From Balanoglossus misakiensis (Eukaryota; Animalia; Hemichordata), in contig CM082577.2 of the NCBI GenBank assembly GCA_040954595.2, positions 15,693,903 through 15,757,902 of the forward strand: a stretch of 64,000 nt of DNA. Reading direction: 5' to 3'. How positions within the stretch are numbered: position 1 is the stretch's first letter; each line of letters starts with the position of its first letter. The translations under genes and the position numbers were made by a program. Below the pieces are notes generated by a model that made no database searches, had not been told where the DNA came from, and worked only from the letters and a program-made list of their open reading frames with translations. Of this stretch, positions 1 to 11,300 are shown one piece after another.

Positions 1-4
1 TAAC

Positions 5-1051
5 ATGTTGAGTTTACTGTCTGAAGCAGATAGGAAAGCGGTTGCACAGGCCATATCACCTGCTCCACTGAAACCAATCGTATCAACCCCTATGCCACAG
101 CCGATTCCATTTCCAGCATTTCCAGTACCAACTTCAGTTGCAGATTCTTCACCATTTATTATGTCTTCACCTGCCCAAGCAGCTGCTGCACAGCCAGCCA
201 CAGCTACTACTGCTTTTCACTCGGTGGAATTCCCAAGAATAGTCGTCTTCTCTGGCAAAGGTGATGTCACTTATGAAATGTGGCGATATGAAGTTCGAGC
301 ACTACAGAGGGAGAATGTGTTTCCGGAGACCATAATTATGCAGGCTGTTCGGAAATCCCTACGAGCGTCCGCTGCTGAAGTCCTACTACATATGGGAGAA
401 GACATCACAGTGTCCCGATTGATGGCGAAGATGGACATGGTCTTTGGGAAAGTATTGCCACCGGAAGCAGTTTTGGAAAAATTCTATACAGCACGACAAA
501 CGAAGACAGAAAAGGTAGCAGAATGGGCCTGTCGCATCGAAGGACTTTTGGATGAACTCAGATCAGGTCAGTCCATCTCTAGTAATTCAGAAGAAACCAT
601 GCTTCGAACCAAATTCTTTTCTGGCCTGTCAGATGAGCACATTAAGAATGCAATCAGACACCGATATGATACGGGAGAAGATTATTCAGGATTGTTGCTA
701 GCCGCAAGAAAGCTTGAAGTAAATAGGGAGACCACTACCAGGGTTCACCAAGCAACTGTTGCTGACAAGACGATGATAACCAAATTGGAGGAACTTACCA
801 AAGGTCTGAAGAACTTAGCTGAGAAGGTTGCTGAACTAGAGAAGCGAACTTCAACATCATCAACTCCAGAGTCTACTTTTCGCCGACGTGTCAACAATGA
901 AAATGGCCGGGATCGGCGTGGCAACGATGGAACTCGCCAACCCAAACAAGTTTTCCCAGGCAACTGCTTCAAGTGTGGTGAACATGGACACAAAAAGACA
1001 GACTGTCCTTTAAATGGGGAGCGACCAGGCATCCGGAGGGACATGCGCTAG
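5..1051 (+). CDS. gag: Gypsy Gag (PNMA-like capsid plus CCHC zinc knuckle); may start upstream of the window
   Basis: FSGKGDVTYEMWRYEV capsid-like motif, LRTKFFSGL, C-terminal CFKCGEHGHKKTDC. Confidence 0.92.
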   Translation: MLSLLSEADRKAVAQAISPAPLKPIVSTPMPQPIPFPAFPVPTSVADSSPFIMSSPAQAAAAQPATATTAFHSVEFPRIVVFSGKGDVTYEMWRYEVRALQRENVFPETIIMQAVRKSLRASAAEVLLHMGEDITVSRLMAKMDMVFGKVLPPEAVLEKFYTARQTKTEKVAEWACRIEGLLDELRSGQSISSNSEETMLRTKFFSGLSDEHIKNAIRHRYDTGEDYSGLLLAARKLEVNRETTTRVHQATVADKTMITKLEELTKGLKNLAEKVAELEKRTSTSSTPESTFRRRVNNENGRDRRGNDGTRQPKQVFPGNCFKCGEHGHKKTDCPLNGERPGIRRDMR

Positions 1052-1055
1052 GTCG
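1009..1055 (+). promoter_or_regulatory. -1 ribosomal frameshift signal between gag and pol
   Basis: T TTA AAT heptamer in gag frame at 1009-1015; the -1 frame is open into pol; downstream CGACC..GCAT..ATGC..GGTCG hairpin. Confidence 0.75.
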
Positions 1056-1119
1056 GAACGGTAACAGTCCCTCTAATGTTATTGATTCTTTAATAGGCCA
1101 CGCCAATGAAACTGAGATT

Positions 1120-4100
1120 GTGTTGGAAGGATCCTCGTGTATTGCGCTGATAGACACCGGGTCCATGGTATCTACTGTTGCTGACACTTTTAACAGAGAG
1201 AAGCTACAGAAACCAATTCATGACCTGAACAACTTGGTGAAGGTAGAAGGGGCTAGTGGTACAGAAGTTCCTTACCTTGGTTATATTGAAGTTGAAGTGA
1301 AATTCCCAGATAGCCATGGACAAGAGATGTCTAAAGATATATTATTGCTTGTTGTTGAAGACACGGAATATAATCAGATGGTTCCAGTTGTGATAGGCAC
1401 AAATGTTCTCCAACATTTTGTGGATGAAGATACACAGTACAGTACAGACCTATCCTCAGTATGGAGACTAGCATACCAAGCGACTATCCACCGGCAGAGG
1501 GCCGAAGGTAGGACATTTACAGTTACCACTACTAAACCCACAACCATTGGACCATACGAACGCACAGTCATCCATGGATTTTGCAGAGTGGACCTAAGAA
1601 ATTGTCAATCAGTAGTTGTGGTGGAACCAGAAAATGACAGACTTTTACCTGGTGGTTTACTTGTTACTCCAGCCGTGTTGAAGTTAGAGCCTCGTGGTAA
1701 TTCGTGTCGAATCCCAGTAATGGTGACCAACTATGGAGCACGTGCTGTCACAGTTCCCCCTAAAAGCACCCTATGTAACATGAACTTAGCATCTAATGTC
1801 TCACAGCCTTTAGATCCATATGGAGATGATATTGATACAAACTCAGATGGGACCACCTCACCAAAAGTACCCGATTGGCTGATAAAAGACCTGGGATTAC
1901 AAGAAGCAGATACAGAATTAACAGAAATCCAGAAAGACCAAGCCTTGGCTACCATTGGTAAATGGCAAACCGTGTTCTCTACAGGTGAGAGAGATTTGGG
2001 ACACACAACATTGGTAACACATTCGATAAAGTTAACGGATGAAACCCCCGTTAAAGATAAATACCGTCGAATCCCTATGGGTATGTACGAAGAATTGCAA
2101 CAGTACCTGCAAGATATGCTACAGAGTGGTGTGATTAGAGAATCAAACAGCCCGTGGTCCTCAAATGTTGTATGTGTCAGAAAACCTGATGGGAAGCTGA
2201 GGGTGTGTATTGATTATAGACGTCTCAACGCCAAAACCATTAAAGACGCTTACGCATTACCCCGGGTATTGGATACGCTTGATAACCTTAGTGACGCCGA
2301 GTGGTTTTCATCGCTTGATCTACGGTCTGGATATTACCAAGTAGAGATGGCGGAAGACGACAAAGCGAAGACAGCTTTCACGGTGGGAAACTTCGGCTTA
2401 TTTGAATTCAACCGTATGTCTATGGGTCTGACCAACGCACCTGCAACTTTCCAGCGTCTCATGGAGAAGTGTTTTGGAGAATTGGCGTTCAGAGAATGTT
2501 GTGTGTATTTAGATGACATCATAGTATTTTCGAAGACTTTTGAAGACCACCTCAATAGATTGGAGCGGGTATTCCAGCGGCTGGCATCACATGGATTAAA
2601 GTTGAAGGCAACGAAATGTGTTTTATTCCAGAAGAAGGTGAAATATCTTGGACACGTGGTATCAGCCGACGGAATTACAACGGACCCAGACAAGGTAGCA
2701 GCTCTGAAGGAATGGCCAATACCCACTACTGTAACAGAACTGAGAAGATTTCTTGGATTTGCAGGGTATTACAGGAGATTTATCCAAAGCTACAGTAATA
2801 TTGCCAAGCCACTTAACGACTTGCTGTGTGGACGTCAGTCAAGGAATAAGGCGGGAAAATTTGAAAAACTCCAGTGGGGACAACAGGAACAACAAGCTTT
2901 CGACACTCTGAGGAAGAGCCTAATGTCGTCACCAATACTAGCCTTTGCTGACTACTCACTTCCATTTGAAATACATACTGATGCAAGTTCCACAGGTCTG
3001 GGAGCAGTGCTGTATCAACGCCAGAAAGGTATTCTCAGAGTAATTGCCTATGCAAGTAGAGGACTCACCAAGTCTGAAAGTAATTATCCAGCTCATAAAT
3101 TAGAATTTTTGGCACTGAAATGGGCCGTCACCAAGAAGTTCAACGACTACCTGTATGGAAGCAAATTCACTGTGTTTACAGACAACAACCCTTTGACGTA
3201 TGTGTTAACTTCTGCGAAACTGGATGCGGTGGGACACAGATGGTTGTCAGACTTGTCATTGTACGACTTCTCTATTGTTTACCGGAGTGGTAAGAAGAAT
3301 ATAGAGGCTGACGCTTTGTCTAGGATTCCATGGAATAGAGAGAATCCAGAGACGGAAACCAATCTGGGAGCCGATGTAGTCCAGGCGCTTTGTCGAGCAA
3401 CAGAAGGTCCATACGTAACTTCATTCGGAATGGTAGCAGATGAGGACAGACCTGCAGTAGTTCAAGGTGGGGATGATGTGTTCTGGAAGACGGAGCAGTC
3501 CAAAGATTCAACAATACGGTATGTGACTGATCAGCTTGAAAAGGACCACAAACCACTTATGAGAGATCATACAGGAGATATCAGACTACTTATACGAGAT
3601 TGGAAACGCCTTGTTCTGAAGAATGGAGTCCTATACAGGAAATGCTTCATCGATGATATACAATATTTGCAACTTGTCTTACCAGTACACCATAGAAAAG
3701 ATGTCCTGGAGGAACTACATGATAAACTTGGACACTTTGGCCAAGATAAAATCCTGGATCTGGTACGACGAAGATTCTACTGGCCTAGGATGTCGATGGA
3801 TGTTCAAAAGAAAGTGGAACATTGTTTACCATGCATTCGCAGGAAAAGTTCAACTTCATTACCCAGAACTCCCTTGGTTAATATTCACACATCACAACCG
3901 ATGGAAATGGTGTGCATCGACTTTCTCCATATACCAACACCAGATCAAGGATATAGCAACATATTAGTGATGACGGACCATTTCACTCGATACGCTATAG
4001 CAGTACCTACAAAGAACCAGTCTGCCAAAACAACTGCCAAAGCATTGTTTGAACATTTGATTTTGCATTATGGGTTCCCAGGACGATTACACAGTGACCA

Positions 4101-5268
4101 GGGGCGAAACTTTGAGTCGTCTACAATTCAGGAACTTTGCCGAATAGCAAATATTAAGAAGTCCAGGACCACTCCATACCACCCCCAGGGAAATGGAATG
4201 TGCGAACGATTTAATAAGACGTTATTACAGATGCTTGGAACTATGAATAAAGACAACAAGACAAGATGGGCTTCACATGTCAATACGATGGTTCATGCCT
4301 ATAATTCTACAAAGCATGAAAGCACCGGATATTCACCTTTCTTTTTGATGTTTGGTCGTGAACCAAGACTGCCTATAGATGTATCTGGACATGCAGACCA
4401 GACCAACCTAGAATATGGTGGAACAGTTTCAGATTATGTGACGAAACTTGCCGAACGGTTGGATTACGCCTATAAAGTAGCAACGGAACGGTCTGTTAAG
4501 TCTGGTGAACGGCAGAAGAAGTCATATGATAGAAAAGTGAAGGTGGCCATAATACAACCTGGTGATACTGTGTTGGTGAAGAATACAGGACCTAAAGACA
4601 ATTACAAATTGGCAGACCAATGGGAAAAGGATCCATATACAGTGATTTCACAGCCCATAGAAGACATTCCAGTATACGTGGTACAAAAACAAGTTAAGGG
4701 TGGAAGGAAGCGGACACTACATAGAAATTTGCTACTCCCAATACCAATAATTCCGGACGAACTGGATGACGATGTTAACACCAAGATGACGCAGCGTGAT
4801 GTTAAGCAGAGTGTACCGGGTGTTATCAACGATGCTACCCAGGATGCAGTGGACGAAGAGGATGACGGCATTGGTAAATTGCAATTCGTGTCAACTATCA
4901 ACTTGCCAACAGAACACAATGCTCTTAATCCTACTGCTGCAGAATTCATCCCATCCAGAAGAGAAAGTTCCCTGATGGACAACCCCACAAGTATGGTTAA
5001 TCCGGATGGACCTTCTCAAGTACTTACCTCAGATTTCTCGAATCATATTTTGCAAAGTACGGATGGTTGGTCATCGAGCGATCCAGATGGTATCACTCCT
5101 GCTACAACCAACATCAGTCCTGACTCCAGTAGTAGTACTCAACCTGAACCACGCTATCCTACACGACAGAGACGACCTCCAGATAGATATAGTCCCGAAC
5201 AATGGAATCTAAAACAGTTTGCTCATACGACTTTATCTTCTATACCATTTATTAATTGCCACTATTAA
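1120..5268 (+). CDS. pol: Gypsy Pol (protease, RT, RNase H, integrase); frame is open from 1009, probably entered by -1 frameshift
   Basis: LIDTGS (PR), YLDD (RT), HTDAS (RNase H), HDKLGH...CLPC zinc finger and DDE core (IDF, SDQG, CERFN); 1382 aa with no stop. Confidence 0.96.
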   Translation: MLEGSSCIALIDTGSMVSTVADTFNREKLQKPIHDLNNLVKVEGASGTEVPYLGYIEVEVKFPDSHGQEMSKDILLLVVEDTEYNQMVPVVIGTNVLQHFVDEDTQYSTDLSSVWRLAYQATIHRQRAEGRTFTVTTTKPTTIGPYERTVIHGFCRVDLRNCQSVVVVEPENDRLLPGGLLVTPAVLKLEPRGNSCRIPVMVTNYGARAVTVPPKSTLCNMNLASNVSQPLDPYGDDIDTNSDGTTSPKVPDWLIKDLGLQEADTELTEIQKDQALATIGKWQTVFSTGERDLGHTTLVTHSIKLTDETPVKDKYRRIPMGMYEELQQYLQDMLQSGVIRESNSPWSSNVVCVRKPDGKLRVCIDYRRLNAKTIKDAYALPRVLDTLDNLSDAEWFSSLDLRSGYYQVEMAEDDKAKTAFTVGNFGLFEFNRMSMGLTNAPATFQRLMEKCFGELAFRECCVYLDDIIVFSKTFEDHLNRLERVFQRLASHGLKLKATKCVLFQKKVKYLGHVVSADGITTDPDKVAALKEWPIPTTVTELRRFLGFAGYYRRFIQSYSNIAKPLNDLLCGRQSRNKAGKFEKLQWGQQEQQAFDTLRKSLMSSPILAFADYSLPFEIHTDASSTGLGAVLYQRQKGILRVIAYASRGLTKSESNYPAHKLEFLALKWAVTKKFNDYLYGSKFTVFTDNNPLTYVLTSAKLDAVGHRWLSDLSLYDFSIVYRSGKKNIEADALSRIPWNRENPETETNLGADVVQALCRATEGPYVTSFGMVADEDRPAVVQGGDDVFWKTEQSKDSTIRYVTDQLEKDHKPLMRDHTGDIRLLIRDWKRLVLKNGVLYRKCFIDDIQYLQLVLPVHHRKDVLEELHDKLGHFGQDKILDLVRRRFYWPRMSMDVQKKVEHCLPCIRRKSSTSLPRTPLVNIHTSQPMEMVCIDFLHIPTPDQGYSNILVMTDHFTRYAIAVPTKNQSAKTTAKALFEHLILHYGFPGRLHSDQGRNFESSTIQELCRIANIKKSRTTPYHPQGNGMCERFNKTLLQMLGTMNKDNKTRWASHVNTMVHAYNSTKHESTGYSPFFLMFGREPRLPIDVSGHADQTNLEYGGTVSDYVTKLAERLDYAYKVATERSVKSGERQKKSYDRKVKVAIIQPGDTVLVKNTGPKDNYKLADQWEKDPYTVISQPIEDIPVYVVQKQVKGGRKRTLHRNLLLPIPIIPDELDDDVNTKMTQRDVKQSVPGVINDATQDAVDEEDDGIGKLQFVSTINLPTEHNALNPTAAEFIPSRRESSLMDNPTSMVNPDGPSQVLTSDFSNHILQSTDGWSSSDPDGITPATTNISPDSSSSTQPEPRYPTRQRRPPDRYSPEQWNLKQFAHTTLSSIPFINCHY

Positions 5269-5327
5269 TCAAATATCTTTAACTTACTTTAAATGACGAG
5301 GACGCCATTTCTCATCGCAGGGGTGCG

Positions 5328-5971
5328 TGTAACGGCCTTGTTGATCCATTGAATTTGTATACATGTATATCTGTATGTATGTTATACCTGTATCTTATAG
5401 TAATTAGTTATTCAATTATTCATATGACGTAATAGTACTTACCTTCAATTGGTTGATCTTAATTATATGCAAACCACCTGGAAGTTTCATTTGACCAATG
5501 AACACAAGCTAATCTGGCACTATGATGTAATTGCTGATATAAAAGGACATGGTGCATAAAATTGGTCAGTTCACCTCTGTAGCCAGACCGGCCACACACG
5601 TTGTGGAACTGACATGTATTTGTTCCATTTCAGGTTAGTTTCCTTGTACCTTACCTGTTGCTTGAAGCTTTGTATTTTGGTGCATTCTACCGACTCATTT
5701 CAGCACAAGTAATTGGTGTCTTTAACTTGCGTCAATTTTCCAATTGTATGTCTATATTTTTCACTTGCATGAATTTTGGTGTATTCTGTTGGAGGTGAAC
5801 TCCCATACATGTGTGTAATTTAGCAGTTCACCTCTGTAGCCAGACCGGCCACACACGTTGGAACTGACATGTATTTGTTCCATTTCAGTTATTAAATGTA
5901 AGGCCTATGTCTTTGTTACCCGTAACCTGTTTGGTGTGAATATGTTGGAATGAACGGCGACAACCGTGACA
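5328..5971 (+). repeat. 3' LTR (~644 bp) of the Gypsy element
   Basis: TG...CA ends with an 8-bp imperfect inverted repeat (TGTAACGG / CCGTGACA), directly after a G-rich tract; ATTAAA at 5891; partner LTR not in the window. Confidence 0.8.
5495..5571 (+). promoter_or_regulatory. LTR Pol II core promoter (CCAAT, TATA, Inr)
   Basis: CCAAT 5495-5499, TATAAAA 5538-5544, TCAGTT initiator 5566-5571 about 30 bp from the TATA. Confidence 0.6.
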
Positions 5972-5987
5972 TATTCATAGTCTCTTT

Positions 5988-8900
5988 CCTGGAAATTTCC
6001 GGCCACTGACTATCAGTGCTTGGAAATTTCCAGGCTCTCACATTCCCTTGGTGCCTGGAAATTTCCGGCCACTGACTGTCAGTGCTTGGAAATTTCCAGG
6101 CTCTCGCATTCCCTGAGTGCCTGGAAATTTCCGGCCACTGACTGTCAGTGCTTGGAAATTTCCAGGCTCTCGCATTCCCTTGGTGCCTGGAAATTTCCGG
6201 CCACTGACTGTCAGTGCTTGGAAATTTCCAGGCTCTCGCATTCCCTTGGTGCCTGGAAATTTCCGGCCACTGACTGTCAGTGCTTGGAAATTTCCAGGCT
6301 CTCGCATTCCCTTGGTGCCTGGAAATTTCCGGCCACTGACTGTCAGTGCTTGGAAATTTCCAGGCTCTCGCATTCCCTGAGTGCCTGGAAATTTCCGGCC
6401 ACTGACTGTCAGTGCTTGGAAATTTCCAGGCTCTCGCATTCCCTTGGTGCCTGGAAATTTCCGGCCACTGACTGTCAGTGCTTGGAAATTTCCAGGCTCT
6501 CGCATTCCCTGAGTGCCTGGAAATTTCCGGCCACTGACTGTCAGTGCTTGGAAATTTCCAGGCTCTCGCATTCCCTGAGTGCCTGGAAATTTCCGGCCAC
6601 TGACTGTCAGTGCTTGGACATTTCCAGGTTCTCGCATTCCCTGAGTGTCTGGAAATTTCCGGCCACTGACTGTCAGTGCTTGGAAATTTCCAGGTTCTCG
6701 CATTCCCTGAGTGTCTGGAAATTTCCGGCCACTGACTGTCAGTGCTTGGAAATTTCCAGGCTCTCGCATTCCCTTGGTGCCTGGAAATTTCCGGCCACTG
6801 ACTGTCAGTGCTTGGAAATTTCCAGGCTCTCGCATTCCCTGAGTGCCTGGAAATTTCCGGCCACTGACTGTCAGTGCTTGGACATTTCCAGGCTCTCGCA
6901 TTGCCTGAGTGCCTGGAAATTTCCGGCCACTGACTGTCAGTGCTTGGAAATTTCCAGGTTCTCGCATTCCCTGAGTGTCTGGAAATTTCCGGCCACTGAC
7001 TGTCAGTGCTTGGAAATTTCCAGGCTCTCGCATTCCCTTGGTGCCTGGAAATTTCCGGCCACTGACTGTCAGTGCTTGGACATTTCCAGGCTCTCACATT
7101 CCCCCGAGTGCCTGGAAATTTCCGGCCACTGACTGTCAGTGCTTGGAAATTTCCAGGCTCTCGCATTCCCTGAGTGCCTGGAAATTTCCGGCCACTGACT
7201 GTCAGTGCTTGGAAATTTCCAGGCTCTCGCATTCCCTGAGTGCCTGGAAATTTCCGGCCACTGACTGTCAGTGCTTGGACATTTCCAGGCTCTCGCATTC
7301 CCTGAGTGCCTGGAAATTTCCGGCCACTGACTGTCAGTGCTTGGACATTTCCAGGCTCTCGCATTCCCTGAGTGCCTGGAAATTTCCGGCCACTGACTGT
7401 CAGTGCTTGGAAATTTCCAGGGTCTCGCATTCCCTGAGTGCCTGGAAATTTCCGGCCACTGACTGTCAGTGCTTGGAAATTTCCAGGCTCTCGCATTCCC
7501 TGAGTGCCTGGAAATTTTCGGCCACTGACTGTCAGTGCTTGGAAATTTCCAGGCTCTCGCATTCCTCCGAGTGCCTGGAAATTTCCGGCCACTGACTGTC
7601 AGTGCTTGGAAATTTCCAGGCTCTCGCATTCCTCCGAGTGCCTGGAAATTTCCGGCCACTGACTGTCAGTGCTTGGAAATTTCCAGGCTCTCGCATTCCC
7701 TGAGTGCCTGGAATTTCCGGCCACTGACTGTCAGTGCTTGGAAATTTCCAGGCTCTCGCATTCCCTGAGTGCCTGGAAATTTCCGGCCACTGACTGTCAG
7801 TGCTTGGACATTTCCAGGCTCTCGCATTCCTCCGAGTGCCTGGAAATTTCCGGCCACTGACTGTCAGTGCTTGGAAATTTCCAGGCTCTCGCATTCCCTG
7901 AGTGCCTGGAAATTTCCGGCCACTGACTGTCAGTGCTTGGAAATTTCCAGGCTCTCGCATTCCCTGAGTGCCTGGAAATTTCCGGCCACTGACTGTCAGT
8001 GCTTGGAAATTTCCAGGCTCTCACATTCCCTGAGTGTCTGGAAATTTCCGGCCACTGACTGTCAGTGCTTGGAAATTTCCAGGCTCTCGCATTCCCTTGG
8101 TGCCTGGAAATTTCCGGCCACTGACTGTCAGTGCTTGGAAATTTCCAGGCTCTCACATTCCCTGAGTGCCTGGAAATTTCTGGCCACTGACTGTCAGTGC
8201 TTGGAAATTTCCACGCTCTCACATTCCCTGAGTGTCTGGAAATTTCTGGCCAATGACTGTCAGTGCTTGGAAATTTCCAGGCTCTCGCATTCCCTGAGTG
8301 CCTGGAAATTTCCGGCCACTGACTGTCAGTGCTTGGAAATTTCCAGGCTCTCGCATTCCCTTGGTGCCCTGAAATTTCCGGCCACTGACTGTCAGTGCTT
8401 GGAAATTTCCAGGCTCTCGCATTCCCTTGGTGCCTGGAAATTTCCGGCCACTGACTGTCAGTGCTTGGAAATTTCCCGGCTCTCACATTCCCTTGGTGCC
8501 TGGAAATTTCCGGCCACTGACTGTCAGTGCTTGGAAATTTCCAGGCTCTCGCATTCCCTGAGTGCCTGGAAATTTCCGGCCACTGACTGTCAGTGCTTGG
8601 AAATTTCCAGGCTCTCACATTCCCTTGGTGCCTGGAAATTTCCGGCCACTGACTGTCAGTGCTTGGAAATTTCCAGGCTCTCGCATTCCCTGAGTGCCTG
8701 GAAATTTCCGGCCACTGACTGTCAGTGCTTGGAAATTTCCAGGCTCTCGCATTCCCTTGGTGCCTGGAAATTTCCGGCCACTGACTGTCAGTGCTTGGAA
8801 ATTTCCAGGCTCTCGCATTCCCTTGGTGCCTGGAAATTTCCGGCCACTGACTGTCAGTGCTTGGAAATTTCCAGGCTCTCGCATTCCCTTGGTGCCTGGA

Positions 8901-11300
8901 AATTTCCGGCCACTGACTGTCAGTGCTTGGAAATTTCCAGGCTCTCGCATTCCCTGAGTGCCTGGAAATTTCCGGCCACTGACTGTCAGTGCTTGGAAAT
9001 TTCCAGGCTCTCGCATTCCCTTGGTGCCTGGAAATTTCCGGCCACTGACTGTCAGTGCTTGGAAATTTCCAGGCTCTCGCATTCCCTGAGTGCCTGGAAA
9101 TTTCCGGCCACTGACTGTCAGTGCTTGGAAATTTCCAGGCTCTCGCATTCCCTGAGTGCCTGGAAATTTCCGGCCACTGACTGTCAGTGCTTGGACATTT
9201 CCAGGTTCTCGCATTCCCTGAGTGTCTGGAAATTTCCGGCCACTGACTGTCAGTGCTTGGAAATTTCCAGGTTCTCGCATTCCCTGAGTGTCTGGAAATT
9301 TCCGGCCACTGACTGTCAGTGCTTGGAAATTTCCAGGCTCTCGCATTCCCTTGGTGCCTGGAAATTTCCGGCCACTGACTGTCAGTGCTTGGAAATTTCC
9401 AGGCTCTCGCATTCCCTGAGTGCCTGGAAATTTCCGGCCACTGACTGTCAGTGCTTGGACATTTCCAGGCTCTCGCATTGCCTGAGTGCCTGGAAATTTC
9501 CGGCCACTGACTGTCAGTGCTTGGAAATTTCCAGGTTCTCGCATTCCCTGAGTGTCTGGAAATTTCCGGCCACTGACTGTCAGTGCTTGGAAATTTCCAG
9601 GCTCTCGCATTCCCTTGGTGCCTGGAAATTTCCGGCCACTGACTGTCAGTGCTTGGACATTTCCAGGCTCTCACATTCCCCCGAGTGCCTGGAAATTTCC
9701 GGCCACTGACTGTCAGTGCTTGGAAATTTCCAGGCTCTCGCATTCCCTGAGTGCCTGGAAATTTCCGGCCACTGACTGTCAGTGCTTGGAAATTTCCAGG
9801 CTCTCGCATTCCCTGAGTGCCTGGAAATTTCCGGCCACTGACTGTCAGTGCTTGGACATTTCCAGGCTCTCGCATTCCCTGAGTGCCTGGAAATTTCCGG
9901 CCACTGACTGTCAGTGCTTGGACATTTCCAGGCTCTCGCATTCCCTGAGTGCCTGGAAATTTCCGGCCACTGACTGTCAGTGCTTGGAAATTTCCAGGGT
10001 CTCGCATTCCCTGAGTGCCTGGAAATTTCCGGCCACTGACTGTCAGTGCTTGGAAATTTCCAGGCTCTCGCATTCCCTGAGTGCCTGGAAATTTTCGGCC
10101 ACTGACTGTCAGTGCTTGGAAATTTCCAGGCTCTCGCATTCCTCCGAGTGCCTGGAAATTTCCGGCCACTGACTGTCAGTGCTTGGAAATTTCCAGGCTC
10201 TCGCATTCCTCCGAGTGCCTGGAAATTTCCGGCCACTGACTGTCAGTGCTTGGAAATTTCCAGGCTCTCGCATTCCCTGAGTGCCTGGAATTTCCGGCCA
10301 CTGACTGTCAGTGCTTGGAAATTTCCAGGCTCTCGCATTCCCTGAGTGCCTGGAAATTTCCGGCCACTGACTGTCAGTGCTTGGACATTTCCAGGCTCTC
10401 GCATTCCTCCGAGTGCCTGGAAATTTCCGGCCACTGACTGTCAGTGCTTGGAAATTTCCAGGCTCTCGCATTCCCTGAGTGCCTGGAAATTTCCGGCCAC
10501 TGACTGTCAGTGCTTGGAAATTTCCAGGCTCTCGCATTCCCTGAGTGCCTGGAAATTTCCGGCCACTGACTGTCAGTGCTTGGAAATTTCCAGGCTCTCA
10601 CATTCCCTGAGTGTCTGGAAATTTCCGGCCACTGACTGTCAGTGCTTGGAAATTTCCAGGCTCTCGCATTCCCTTGGTGCCTGGAAATTTCCGGCCACTG
10701 ACTGTCAGTGCTTGGAAATTTCCAGGCTCTCACATTCCCTGAGTGCCTGGAAATTTCTGGCCACTGACTGTCAGTGCTTGGAAATTTCCACGCTCTCACA
10801 TTCCCTGAGTGTCTGGAAATTTCTGGCCAATGACTGTCAGTGCTTGGAAATTTCCAGGCTCTCGCATTCCCTGAGTGCCTGGAAATTTCCGGCCACTGAC
10901 TGTCAGTGCTTGGAAATTTCCAGGCTCTCGCATTCCCTTGGTGCCCTGAAATTTCCGGCCACTGACTGTCAGTGCTTGGAAATTTCCAGGCTCTCGCATT
11001 CCCTTGGTGCCTGGAAATTTCCGGCCACTGACTGTCAGTGCTTGGAAATTTCCCGGCTCTCGCATTCCCTGAGTGCCTGGAAATTTCCGGCCACTGACTG
11101 TCAGTGCTTGGAAATTTCCACGCTCTCACATTACCTGAGTGCCTGGAAATTTCCGGCCAATGACTGTCAGTGCTTGGCAATTTCCAGGCTCTCGCATTCC
11201 CTGAGTGCCTGGAAATTTCCGGCCACTGACTGTCAGTGCTTGGAAATTTCCACGCTCTCACATTTCCAAGCACTGACTCTTCTTGAGTGCCTAGAAATTT
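5988..11300. repeat. 66-bp tandem satellite, ~80 copies, internally palindromic
   Basis: Unit CCTGGAAATTTCCGGCCACTGACTGTCAGTGCTTGGAAATTTCCAGGCTCTCGCATTCCCTGAGTG with few variants; all ORFs here are artefacts of the 22-codon period. Confidence 0.98.

Larger units (their letters stand above)
1..5971 (+). mobile_element. Ty3/Gypsy LTR retrotransposon; 5' LTR lies outside the window; coding region intact
   Basis: gag with CCHC knuckle, pol in PR-RT-RH-IN order, G-rich tract at 5316-5327, then an LTR TGTAACGG...CCGTGACA. Confidence 0.95.

Noticed and set aside
5988-11300. CRISPR-like palindromic array
   Set aside because: No unique spacers, no cas genes, eukaryotic context with spliceosomal introns
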